Source: an uncultured Nitrospiraceae bacterium
GTDB lineage: Bacteria; Nitrospirota; Thermodesulfovibrionia; Thermodesulfovibrionales; SM23-35
Reading direction: 5' to 3'
NCBI GenBank assembly: GCA_963727775.1
Contig: CAVSHB010000002.1
Coordinates: 256,001-320,000 of the forward strand
Length of the DNA: 64,000 bases
Shown here: in pieces, positions 20,794-30,070 of the stretch
Numbering within the stretch: position 1 is the stretch's first letter
How the letters are laid out: each line of letters opens with the position of its first letter
The notes under the pieces: generated by a model
Database searches by the model: none
Seen by the model: the letters and a program-made list of their open reading frames with translations, nothing else
Told to the model about the DNA's origin: nothing
Translations under genes and position numbers: made by a program

Positions 20794-21159
20794 TTCTGCC
20801 TTTGATTCCCAGCCGTAATGCCCGAAACCATCTGTTTGATCCTCATGGGCCGGGTTGTCCTCAATACCCGCTGAATATACTGCCACTCGTCCCTCATAAA
20901 CGTCCGAGACTATGTCAGACACATCACGGTAACCGGCCTTCTGTAGTTTCATTGTCATCTCGTTGAAGACTTCGTCATCAGCCCAACCAGTTTTGTTCCG
21001 GAGATGCTTGATCTCTTTGATACACCTCCTGACATCCATGCGCCAGCCTTCCACGGACTTGTTGTGATGGATGAACGTGAGGTGGTCCGATCCTAACCGC
21101 AAATCAAATAGCCGGATACCTTGTCGTGCCAATAACTCATGCAATTTTTTATCATCCAC
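20788..21159 (-). CDS. Hypothetical protein
   Basis: 123-aa ORF between a repeat copy and the attC-like site. Confidence 0.75.
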   Translation of the reverse strand: MDDKKLHELLARQGIRLFDLRLGSDHLTFIHHNKSVEGWRMDVRRCIKEIKHLRNKTGWADDEVFNEMTMKLQKAGYRDVSDIVSDVYEGRVAVYSAGIEDNPAHEDQTDGFGHYGWESKAET

Positions 21160-21192
21160 TTGACCTTCATCTCCTGTCCATAATATTTATTG

Positions 21193-21263
21193 ATTACCGG
21201 TTATACTAAGCACAATTATATCAGGTTTCAATCTTGCCGGTTTCAGGAAGGAAGCTTGCGCAT
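21193..21263 (-). repeat. Array repeat copy 9 (near consensus)
   Basis: attaccGGTTAT actaagc ACAATTATATCAGGTTTC...TTTCAGGAAGGAAGCTTGCGCAT. Confidence 0.93.
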
Positions 21264-21293
21264 GGTATAAATAAGAGCGACCAGATTTCTTTA

Positions 21294-21701
21294 TTAATGG
21301 AGACCGTTCTCATTGAAATGTTTTGAATACTTCTTGTCAGTTCCAAGGATGTGACTTTGAAGCCAGTCTTTGAGAAAATTCAATATTTCCAACGTGAGAA
21401 CGAAACCTGATTTTTCTAGCCGCTCTTTTAAGTCAAGGGCTTTCACTGCGAATTTATCGTGTTCAATCTTATGAGATGGATAACTCGCAAAGTTGAACTT
21501 CCGCATATACTTTTCTTCTGTTTCAAAATGAGTTTTTGCATAATTAACCATCTTGTTAATTATTTCTTTCTGTGCCTCACGGCCCTTATCTGAAAGCAAT
21601 GCATCATGTAAAGTATTAACCATTTCAACCAACGTTTTATGTTGATTATCAATTTCTTTCACATTAACACTGAAACTATCCGACCACTGGAAAATAGCCA
21701 T
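21294..21701 (-). CDS. Bacteriohemerythrin
   Basis: [33 protein letters not shown]. Confidence 0.95.
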   Translation of the reverse strand: MAIFQWSDSFSVNVKEIDNQHKTLVEMVNTLHDALLSDKGREAQKEIINKMVNYAKTHFETEEKYMRKFNFASYPSHKIEHDKFAVKALDLKERLEKSGFVLTLEILNFLKDWLQSHILGTDKKYSKHFNENGLH

Positions 21702-21868
21702 GTATACGTTCCTCCTTTTTTATTTTATCTATCTAACATTATGCCAACTTGGTATTTCTCGATTTCTTGAAATAATATAGCATAGTAAGGAATTACTTGA
21801 AAAAGAAAATTACAGAGAAATTTATAATAAACATCAAGATGTCCGATGAGAGTTCCTATTAATTTGCA

Positions 21869-21929
21869 AGAGTACTTAACAGCCTCAGCTCGATACTCCC
21901 CGCGTTTAGTACAGGAAGGATGCTTGCCT
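21869..21929 (-). repeat. Array repeat copy 10 (degenerate middle)
   Basis: AGAGT acttaac A...TACAGGAAGGATGCTTGCCT at near-correct spacing. Confidence 0.65.
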
Positions 21930-22083
21930 TTCAGAAATATTCGAAATACTTTCAAAAAGTCTACGTGATGGATAAATCTCCTCGGGTAGTAAGCTTCATC
22001 CCGAAGTTTTCATGGGAGGTGCTCACAAATTTCCCACACTTTCTTTTGATATTTCGCAGCTAATCTTCAACTAGTTGGAACAA

Positions 22084-24000
22084 TTAAGACTTACCTTGGG
22101 TCACGCTTGCTATTTTGGTTTTTTTCTTGATGACGATCTTGTCGGTTGTTAATTTGGATATGTCATCAAGAAATTGCTGTACTTTTTGATATTCTCCGAC
22201 AGGGATCCGCACCCGTTTATAACGGATAATTTCTTTAGCTATGATTTTACTACCTTGAGTGCTATAGTTGCGAGTGTAGGTACCAAAGGCAGTATCTATA
22301 GATATTATGATAGGGACGCTAACAGTTTCATATCCGTCGGGGATACAGAAGTCAATCGTGTTTTCCATCCGAGATTCCTGAGAAACGATTATCGGATACC
22401 GTCTCTTGGGCGCTGTAAATAGCTTCCCTCGTTTAATCGGAGGTAATCCGAACAGCATCATGTCACCGGCCTTCTGGACTATAGTTGGGTCGTCGAATTT
22501 CATGGCAAGGGTCATCTGTGAGTATGGTACATTTTCATTTATCAAATCCGCTTTGAACACGGTTCCGCCTTCTGCTATCGATTTCCCCAATGCAGCCAAA
22601 AATTTTTCCCTATCGTCACTGCCGTGGGCCTTCAATCCCTCGCGCATTATAACAGACCAACTTCGGGGGAAAGTCACCGTCAGATCCACGGAAACGGGAA
22701 CATCCTCCTTCACTAACACCTTTCCGTTAATTATCGTTGCCACTTCGCTATCATCCGTGAGTGGTATGGTCGCAAACTCCCCGCCTTGCTCGTTTACAAT
22801 GAAGGCTCCTTTGCCGGCCAGGGTGGGCGGTATTTGCTGTACAGGATATCCCTTGAACAACATGTCAGTGTAATATTTCTTTCCTTCAAGATCGAAAGTT
22901 AAAATTACATGATCGAAGTAAAAGGGCATTGGCAATAGATCTCTGCGATTAAGTTCCGATTGGGTAGACAAAAAGACCGGCCTCGCCTTGATGCCAATTT
23001 CGGACAGAATAGCAATTGCCAGTATCGTTTGGTCTTTACAATCACCATATTTGTTTGAAAAAATCTGATCTGCCGGATGAGGTTCAAAGCCGTGAAACTC
23101 TATATGCATCGCCACATACCGGACATTGTCCTGGATATATTGGATTACAGCCTGTATTTTTTCGGGTACTGTTTTTTTATCAAAAGTAAGTTCTGTAGCT
23201 TTTTTCTTCATTTCTGTCGAAACCTTGATATTCTTATCAAACAATGGCCACACCCAGGCAGACAACTGCTTCCAATTATCCAATGTCGAAACCGTCAATC
23301 TTTTATAGCGTTCTTCCGGGGAGGGCATGTTTTGTTCATCTTCGTCCTTATCGAAATTGTCTCCGCGCCATATATAGGTCACCTCATTTTCGGACATTAA
23401 TACTGTCGGCTTGATCTCGTTATTTAGGTTCTTGAAATTCAGCTTCATGTCTTTTGGTGCGGTAATCGTATATCGCGCTTCCTTGACAGGACAGAAACAC
23501 GAGAAACGGAAACTGTCATAGAAGCTGTTCTCAATAATCGGTTTCTTCGTCACGATTGTCGCCTTCCACTCGATCACGCTTCCGACGACTACATTCGGCA
23601 TTGTAATTACCTTGATCCGATTATCGCTGTAAATACCAGAACTCCCGGCAGGGTTGATTTCCTGAATTTTTTCATATTGCCGCTTAGTACCATCAGGCAT
23701 AATGATGTATGCTTCCAAATCTTTTATTTCTTGGCGGCTCTGGTCATAATCTACCGTTATTTCCCCACGGTCTTTTCCAGCCTCATGCTGAATCTTCTCG
23801 ATAATATGAGTACTTTCTGTAAAGGAATAATCTGCGTTGATTTTAATCGAAACTTCCTTGAGAACCGTTATGTAGGGTTCACTCTGGTAACGCTCCTCCC
23901 ATGCATGATCATCCTCTGCTGCAAAAGATATGGAAAACATGCAGAGTGTAAATATGACAATAATCCCTGCTAATTGTATTCCCGTCTTGTGTAAAGCCAT
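22084..24000 (-). CDS. DUF3857 plus transglutaminase-like exported protein
   Basis: Signal peptide; GDCKD, FDHVI, YTD catalytic-triad-like motifs. Confidence 0.9.
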   Translation of the reverse strand: MALHKTGIQLAGIIVIFTLCMFSISFAAEDDHAWEERYQSEPYITVLKEVSIKINADYSFTESTHIIEKIQHEAGKDRGEITVDYDQSRQEIKDLEAYIIMPDGTKRQYEKIQEINPAGSSGIYSDNRIKVITMPNVVVGSVIEWKATIVTKKPIIENSFYDSFRFSCFCPVKEARYTITAPKDMKLNFKNLNNEIKPTVLMSENEVTYIWRGDNFDKDEDEQNMPSPEERYKRLTVSTLDNWKQLSAWVWPLFDKNIKVSTEMKKKATELTFDKKTVPEKIQAVIQYIQDNVRYVAMHIEFHGFEPHPADQIFSNKYGDCKDQTILAIAILSEIGIKARPVFLSTQSELNRRDLLPMPFYFDHVILTFDLEGKKYYTDMLFKGYPVQQIPPTLAGKGAFIVNEQGGEFATIPLTDDSEVATIINGKVLVKEDVPVSVDLTVTFPRSWSVIMREGLKAHGSDDREKFLAALGKSIAEGGTVFKADLINENVPYSQMTLAMKFDDPTIVQKAGDMMLFGLPPIKRGKLFTAPKRRYPIIVSQESRMENTIDFCIPDGYETVSVPIIISIDTAFGTYTRNYSTQGSKIIAKEIIRYKRVRIPVGEYQKVQQFLDDISKLTTDKIVIKKKTKIASVTQGKS

Positions 24001-24070
24001 ATACCATTCCTCCTTGGTATTTGATAATTAACGGCTCCGCTCCATTATAGCAGATTCTTTTCCGCTAAAG

Positions 24071-24139
24071 ATTTACGGTTGTACTAAACATCATTATGTT
24101 AGAGTTCCATGGTGTTTAGAAGAGGAAGAATGGTTGCCT
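24071..24139 (-). repeat. Array repeat copy 11
   Basis: atttacGGTTGT actaaac ATCATTATGTTAG...GAGGAAGAATGGTTGCCT. Confidence 0.8.
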
Positions 24140-24200
24140 CACGCGCCTATGCATCCTTTGTCCTGGAATAAGCGTACCGTTCTATAAATGTCCTGTGAAC

Positions 24201-24653
24201 CTACTTGTTTGCATCTATGTTCTTATTCTTTAAGACCAATCGGATTGCAACAAGCGTTTTCTTGTTCTCCTCTGTAGGGAAGAGATCGTATGCTTTGGCA
24301 TAGTTTGCCTCCGCCTCCTTGGTATTGCCAAGTTCCTGATTCAGGGAGCCAAGCAGTGTATATCCGTAATAGAAGTCCGCATGTGCCTTAATTAGTCTCT
24401 GTAACATACCCTGCGCTTTATGGAACTCCCCTTTATCCAAAAGGCTTCTTGCCTCTTGCCAGGAATCCGTAGATTGCGGCACAACGCTGAGACGGCTCGA
24501 CATGCGATGTATGAATGGAGTCACCGCCACAACAGACACAACTAAGATACAAAAGACAATAGTGACTATTATGTACACCTTGTTAACTTTCTTAAATAAA
24601 GCCGTCTGATTCTTTAACTCTTCAAGAATTTGCCGTTGTATATCTTCATCCAT
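24201..24653 (-). CDS. Membrane-anchored TPR protein
   Basis: TM helix then TPR-like LG...G...EA...Y.KA..L.P; RBS GGAG. Confidence 0.82.
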   Translation of the reverse strand: MDEDIQRQILEELKNQTALFKKVNKVYIIVTIVFCILVVSVVAVTPFIHRMSSRLSVVPQSTDSWQEARSLLDKGEFHKAQGMLQRLIKAHADFYYGYTLLGSLNQELGNTKEAEANYAKAYDLFPTEENKKTLVAIRLVLKNKNIDANK

Positions 24654-24671
24654 TGCTCTCTCCTTTACTCC

Positions 24672-24731
24672 TTTCCGATTGTACTACGCACAATTATATC
24701 AGGTTTGAATGTTGCGGGTTTCAGGAAGCAA
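24672..24731 (-). repeat. Array repeat copy 12
   Basis: tttccGATTGT actacgc ACAATTATATCAGGTTTG...TTTCAGGAAGC; perfect ATTGT-N7-ACAAT. Confidence 0.92.
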
Positions 24732-24757
24732 TGGGGAATTTAGAAAATCAGCGGACC

Positions 24758-25126
24758 TCAAATTCTATCTCTCAATAGAAAAATACTTCCAACGATTAAC
24801 ATGGGAGCACTTATCCTCAAAAAAAATTGGAATAATGATTGCAAATCTACAGACGTATAGAATGAAAAAGCAATCAGGGATACAATACTACCTGTGACGA
24901 GCCATGATCCACCAATTTTATTTCGGAAGATTGACAGAATCACCGCAGGCAATGTTGAAATAGGCCCACTTAATATAATAAGCCATGATATCCGGGGTTC
25001 GTCTTGCCTGAAAACAAAAATTGCTCTTGTTCCTAAGAAGAAATGCATAACACCAATGCCGATGCCTACTATAATAATGCCTACATATAATCCTTTTCTC
25101 TTAATATCCTTATGATGATTATCCAT
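24758..25126 (-). CDS. Membrane protein (about 4 TM)
   Basis: Hydrophobic helices; start moved to ATG 25126 because the longer start lies inside the repeat. Confidence 0.7.
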   Translation of the reverse strand: MDNHHKDIKRKGLYVGIIIVGIGIGVMHFFLGTRAIFVFRQDEPRISWLIILSGPISTLPAVILSIFRNKIGGSWLVTGSIVSLIAFSFYTSVDLQSLFQFFLRISAPMLIVGSIFLLRDRI

Positions 25127-25180
25127 AATAGTCAACACAATTATATCAGGTCTCAAATACGTTTAGTTCAGGAAGGATTA
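25127..25180 (-). repeat. Array repeat copy 13
   Basis: agtcaac ACAATTATATCAGGTCTC...TTCAGGAAGGA. Confidence 0.88.
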
Positions 25181-25253
25181 AGCGGAGATCTTACCGATAT
25201 TCAGACTCATTTTATACCACACAAAAATATGAGGTGAAGGGGATGATTCTTAA

Positions 25254-25613
25254 TTAATTTAATCTCACAATCAAGACATCAGCAACAAGCTCCTTGCCGT
25301 TGTTTGCTGACTTCGTTACTTTCTTGAGAGTGAAATCTTTTCCGCAAACGATTTTTGCAACATCTTCTGTTTTTAGGTTGGAGAACTGTTCTTGAGTTGC
25401 CGCCCACGTTACCGGTCCAACAGTTACTGCTTTTCCCTCGCAATATCCTGCCACCATTGCGGTAACATTCCCAGCTTTGTTGTCATATGTTGCTCCCAGT
25501 CTTCCCGAAACTGTAGAGACAGATGAAGCTGCATAAGCCAGAGTTGCTCCGATGGAAACCGCTACTAATAACAAAACCATGAATAATAATCTCACGTTGG
25601 TCTTTTTACGCAT
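25254..25613 (-). CDS. Small secreted protein
   Basis: Signal peptide MRKKTNVRLLFMVLLLVAVSIGATLAYA. Confidence 0.78.
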   Translation of the reverse strand: MRKKTNVRLLFMVLLLVAVSIGATLAYAASSVSTVSGRLGATYDNKAGNVTAMVAGYCEGKAVTVGPVTWAATQEQFSNLKTEDVAKIVCGKDFTLKKVTKSANNGKELVADVLIVRLN

Positions 25614-25819
25614 TTCGCCCCTCGCTTTTATTCCTCGAAAAAGTTTGTAAGAGAAAATCCGATCCCCCTGAGACATTCTTCCCTTCACCTCTCATCCAGA
25701 CCCATACTGAGAGTTAAAGATTGTGTGGTTAGCTGTATGCTACTCTCTGTCTGGATTCTTGTCAAGATATCGTATATTTGGGTGGGATAATCTTTTACAC
25801 ATATTTGCTTATCGAATAG

Positions 25820-25877
25820 CAGTTAAAGTCCGCACAATTATAGCCGGTCTTGAAGTTGCGTGGTACAGGAAGGAGCT
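25820..25877 (-). repeat. Array repeat copy 14
   Basis: cAGTTAA agtccgc ACAATTATAGCCGG...TACAGGAAGGAGCT. Confidence 0.85.
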
Positions 25878-26033
25878 GAGATTTTAAAAACATCATTTTT
25901 CGCGACCTTCACCCCATACTAAGCATAGCCTTTTTGTTCCCTGCAGTAGTCCATGATGAATAATAATGAATATCTTCGAAACAATCAGTGATTACTTGAG
26001 TCTTTGAAGATGCGTCTTTCATTGTTCTTCTAG

Positions 26034-27736
26034 GAGTCTGTCGGACTTGAATTGCTGTTTTTGACAGCGGTTGGAATCCGAGAGAGTCGATTGTAGTTAT
26101 TTTTCATGATTTGATCGTCTGTCATCGGTTCTTTCCTGCCGGTGTTTTGTTGGATACATTATGCCATCGCCATTTTCAGGCGCCTACCTGGCTGTTCCTC
26201 AATGCATGCAGCCTTTTGATGTTCCATGCAATGCAGATCATATCCCACTCGCCATTGACTGCAGTAAAACCACGCAACAGGAATCGGTCAAATCCCATAG
26301 CTGCCTTGATTACCCCAAACGCCGGCTCCACAGTACTCTTGCGTATCGCATAAATTGCCTTACCGGCAACTGTCTTCAACCGATGTTTCATTCTTGTCAC
26401 TGCATCAGCATCAACCGGCAATGGAGGCGGTTCGACGAATCGCTCCCATAAAGGCTGATTATGACTCTGCCGATCTACTGCTATATATGGCTCTATTCCT
26501 TTGCTCTCACATTCTTGCACATTTGCTTCGCTGTAATACCCGCTGTCGGCTATTATAGTTTTTACTTTGCCAAGTTGTTCGGGCAGATATGTAAGCGCTT
26601 CAAGCGCTGGTTTCATCTGCTGTTTGTCATTGGATTGTTGTGTTACATGCGTTGCGACAATAAGCATTGTTTCTGTATCCACGGCTGCTTGAGCATTATA
26701 AGCCTGCTTGAATCCTCCACCCGATGCCGGCATTATGCGAGATTCTTCATCGGTCAGATTGACCTGATCTTTGTCAGTTGGCCCGGCTGCAGGCGGCTTG
26801 GGTCCTTTGCCTCGGGGTTTCTTGCCGCTCTGCTTTTGTTTGGCTACACGCTCTGCCTGTTTCTTTTCACTGTCGGCTTGTTCCATTGCATGCCGCTCTG
26901 CCGCACGGCGCTCTATCTCAGCTTTTGCTTCAGCTATCATTTTCAGCCGCTTCTCTCGCCGCTCCAGCTCTTCCGGGATGTTCATGCCGTCAGGAATGTC
27001 AGCTTTGTCAGCAGCCTCAGCTTTCTTCATCAGTTCCGCCACTTCCACTTTCAACTTATTCTCTATTTTGCATGCATGCCCGTAGCTCAACGCCTTGTGC
27101 TTTGAGGCATTGGCTTTCATTTTGGTCCCATCCAAGCTGACCGTGCCTAACTTCAATACCCCGGTTTCTGCTGCTATCATTAGTATCTGCACAAACAGTT
27201 CTTTCAGCTTAGGCAAAAACCGACGTCGAAAGGTTGCTATTGTGTCATGGTCAGGGTGACTGTTGGCTGCCACATACCGGAATGCTACAGAGTCGTACGT
27301 GCTACGCTCTAATTGCCTGCTCGAAAAGACTCCCGTCGCATATCCGTAAAATAATAATGCCACCAGCATCTCAGGGCTGTATGCCTCACTGCCTCGTCCT
27401 GCATAATCATTTTTCAACCGGTCAAGATTAAGCTGATCCACTATCTCTACGACAAATCTCGCCAAGTGACCCTCGGGCAACCATTCCTGCACCGACGGCG
27501 GAAATAAATATATCGTCTCTCTGTCACATTGTTTGAACATTATGCTGATCTCCTGTTGTTCATTCTTATGCCGCTTGTCTATTATGCCATAAGGAACGCC
27601 CATGCAGGTCTGTCGGACTTAGATAATTACAGGCCGAAAAGATTTCTGCTGCCCAGTTTGCAATAAAGGTTCTTAAGAGACTGCCGTGTCCTTCAAGAAG
27701 TAAACTTTTCAGAAATGTTGAAAGTCCGACAGACTC
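26034..27736 (-). mobile_element. IS1182-family element, copy 1
   Basis: IRs GAGTCTGTCGGACTT / AAGTCCGACAGACTC, flanked by CTAG; 1703 bp. Confidence 0.93.
26176..27540 (-). CDS. IS1182-family transposase
   Basis: PDHDTIATFR, LDGTK, ADSGY, RKSTVEPAFG; likely start MFKQ. Confidence 0.93.
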   Translation of the reverse strand: MFKQCDRETIYLFPPSVQEWLPEGHLARFVVEIVDQLNLDRLKNDYAGRGSEAYSPEMLVALLFYGYATGVFSSRQLERSTYDSVAFRYVAANSHPDHDTIATFRRRFLPKLKELFVQILMIAAETGVLKLGTVSLDGTKMKANASKHKALSYGHACKIENKLKVEVAELMKKAEAADKADIPDGMNIPEELERREKRLKMIAEAKAEIERRAAERHAMEQADSEKKQAERVAKQKQSGKKPRGKGPKPPAAGPTDKDQVNLTDEESRIMPASGGGFKQAYNAQAAVDTETMLIVATHVTQQSNDKQQMKPALEALTYLPEQLGKVKTIIADSGYYSEANVQECESKGIEPYIAVDRQSHNQPLWERFVEPPPLPVDADAVTRMKHRLKTVAGKAIYAIRKSTVEPAFGVIKAAMGFDRFLLRGFTAVNGEWDMICIAWNIKRLHALRNSQVGA

Positions 27737-27856
27737 CTAGTGTAAATGGCAGAGATTATTTATGGTCAATTTGTCCTATGTCAAGGGCTGACCCCATGGA
27801 TGTCCTTTTTGCGCCTTTACTCTTTCAGCACCTCTACAAACGGGCGTCATTAATCA

Positions 27857-28753
27857 TTAATAGGAAGATATCAGGGGGCAATTTTGGGGTAGCACCAGCT
27901 TAATTGTACCCGGCAGCACCTCAAAGCGAATTTTGTTTGTTTTAATAGGCTCACCATCCAGATTGATCGGCATCGCAACATCAGACTCCCATTCAGCCCA
28001 AGGCACCCTATAACGCTTGATATAATCTCCGCTGACTTCAGACTCCGTCAACTCCCTTATCACTTGCCCCAGATCTTTTGGTGGAAAGCGGAGTAATCCT
28101 ACAATATCCAGCAACCCGTCATCAATAAAAGCGCTGGGAGCTAACTGCTGGCCACCACCGGCCTGCTTACCATTACACACAGCGCCGACGATAACATCAT
28201 TTTGCAAAGACCCCTGGGGCATACGCAGTTCGCCCTTATAAGGCACAAATTTCAGCGCTTGTACCATAGCGGAAAGAGTATAAGCGCCTCCACCGAGAAA
28301 ATTCTTTAACGCCACTGGCGTGTTTGCTGTCACCTGAGCTCCAAAGCCGCCACTGGCCACGTTGATAAAGTGGAATTCGTTGGCCCTTACACCATCAACG
28401 GCACATGACTGACCGGATTGAGCCAGTTCCAGCGCAGCCAATGGATCCGAAGGGATGGAACATGCTGTGGCAAAATCGTTGGCAGTACCAAGCGGCAGTA
28501 TTGCCAATTCCGGTCGCTCAGCGGCTGGCAGTTGTAACATGGCATCAACAACCTCATTTACAGTGCCATCTCCACCGCCTGCCACCAGGCGAAGACATCC
28601 ATCAGCGCAAGCTTCTCGAACCAGCCGTTTAACATCACCTGCTTCCCAGGTGACCCTGACTTCAACGCCGCCGTTTTCTCTTGCGCTGTAAATCGCTGTC
28701 CGAACAGGTTTAAGTGCTGCTTTTTTACCGTTTAAAATGATTCGAATATCCAT
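27857..28753 (-). CDS. yegS: YegS-like lipid kinase
   Basis: RVTWE, AGGGDGT, PLGTANDFA, NLDGEP. Confidence 0.9.
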   Translation of the reverse strand: MDIRIILNGKKAALKPVRTAIYSARENGGVEVRVTWEAGDVKRLVREACADGCLRLVAGGGDGTVNEVVDAMLQLPAAERPELAILPLGTANDFATACSIPSDPLAALELAQSGQSCAVDGVRANEFHFINVASGGFGAQVTANTPVALKNFLGGGAYTLSAMVQALKFVPYKGELRMPQGSLQNDVIVGAVCNGKQAGGGQQLAPSAFIDDGLLDIVGLLRFPPKDLGQVIRELTESEVSGDYIKRYRVPWAEWESDVAMPINLDGEPIKTNKIRFEVLPGTIKLVLPQNCPLISSY

Positions 28754-28825
28754 TCAGAACCAATGGAATTAGCAATATAATTAAAACTATTTTCTTCATT
28801 GTTTATTCAATAAAAAAAGTTAACG

Positions 28826-28886
28826 ATTTATGGTTCTACTCAACACAATTATATCAAGGTCGGAAAGTGTTGCCTACAGGAAGAAA
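28826..28886 (-). repeat. Array repeat copy 15
   Basis: atttatGGTTCT actcaac ACAATTATATCAAGG...CTACAGGAAGAAA. Confidence 0.88.
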
Positions 28887-28896
28887 CGATGTTCCT

Positions 28897-29382
28897 TTAT
28901 GCTCTGTTATCAAGGACTTCTATCTCGGTCTTAAAAAGTAGGAAAAGCGAACCAATATCGTCTTCGGTCAGACCAATACCGTCTTCTTCGGCGTCTTCCA
29001 TTAGAGCTTCAAGGACATATTTCATTACATATGGCTGCTTAGAAACTTGGACGCCCGCAATTCTATCGATGAATTTGTCATGGGTTCCTTCAATGCTTTC
29101 TATTAAACGTATATTTTCATCATACCTTGCCATAATCTCCTTGGAAGAGATTTTTGGGAGCTTACCGCTTGAGTCAAGAAACATCTTATAAACAACAAAG
29201 GCGACATATATGGCAAGCTCTTTCACTTCCTGCTGAAGATCATCTGTGTATGCCATCAGAAAAGCTAAGAGAGCTGGCTGGTTCTTACCCATGGCAATCA
29301 TCTCTTTATTTGCCCTGTCTGCAGTGAAGGCGGCAACTTGTTGCCAGGTTTTCTCTACGAATACCTCAGATAAGGGGTCCAT
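28897..29382 (-). CDS. Hypothetical acidic protein
   Basis: 161-aa ORF with RBS AAGGAG. Confidence 0.78.
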   Translation of the reverse strand: MDPLSEVFVEKTWQQVAAFTADRANKEMIAMGKNQPALLAFLMAYTDDLQQEVKELAIYVAFVVYKMFLDSSGKLPKISSKEIMARYDENIRLIESIEGTHDKFIDRIAGVQVSKQPYVMKYVLEALMEDAEEDGIGLTEDDIGSLFLLFKTEIEVLDNRA

Positions 29383-29436
29383 TTAAATAACTGTCTCCTT
29401 TCTAAATCCTTTACTAGAATCGTACATCATGTCTGA

Positions 29437-29664
29437 TTATCCACCCGTAATATTTCTTATAAGCAATATTAAGCCTCCGATGATGAAGGCCAGAGCAAAC
29501 GGAATGAGCAGACACCCTGGAGTTGGTTTGTCGATATATTTGCCACGACCGACATAATAACCAGTAAATGATCCGATTTCGTTTCTGAAGACGAGCATGA
29601 GTATCCCAACAACAATGATCAACAGATCGATAAAAAAAGAATTGCGCGGCACAGTTGTCATCAT
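29437..29664 (-). CDS. Small membrane protein
   Basis: Two TM segments. Confidence 0.6.
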   Translation of the reverse strand: MMTTVPRNSFFIDLLIIVVGILMLVFRNEIGSFTGYYVGRGKYIDKPTPGCLLIPFALAFIIGGLILLIRNITGG

Positions 29665-29697
29665 AGGAGTAAAAAGATAGAAACTATATTAAATGAA

Positions 29698-29970
29698 TTA
29701 TTTTACCGCGCCCTTTAAAGCTTTCCCGGCTGTAAATTTCGGTGCTTTCCGGGCTGCAATCTTAATTATTGCGCCTGTTTGAGGATTACGCCCCTTCCGT
29801 GCCTTCCTCTTTGAAATCGAGAAAGTCCCGAAACCTACAAGAGCTACTTTGTTCCCTTTCTTCAGTGTCTTGGTAACTGCATCAACAAATGAGTTAAGAG
29901 ACTTTTCCGCTACTGCCTTTGAAGCACCTGAGTCTTTTGCCATTTTTTCTACAAGTTCTGCTTTTGTCAT
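29698..29970 (-). CDS. hup: DNA-binding protein HU
   Basis: [29 protein letters not shown]. Confidence 0.97.
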   Translation of the reverse strand: MTKAELVEKMAKDSGASKAVAEKSLNSFVDAVTKTLKKGNKVALVGFGTFSISKRKARKGRNPQTGAIIKIAARKAPKFTAGKALKGAVK

Positions 29971-30070
29971 AGATACCCTCCATTAATATTAATTGTAAAA
30001 AAGTATACCATGCCTATATTGAAAAATAGCTATCATGCCATCTGGAAAATTATACATTAATCTTTTTTGT

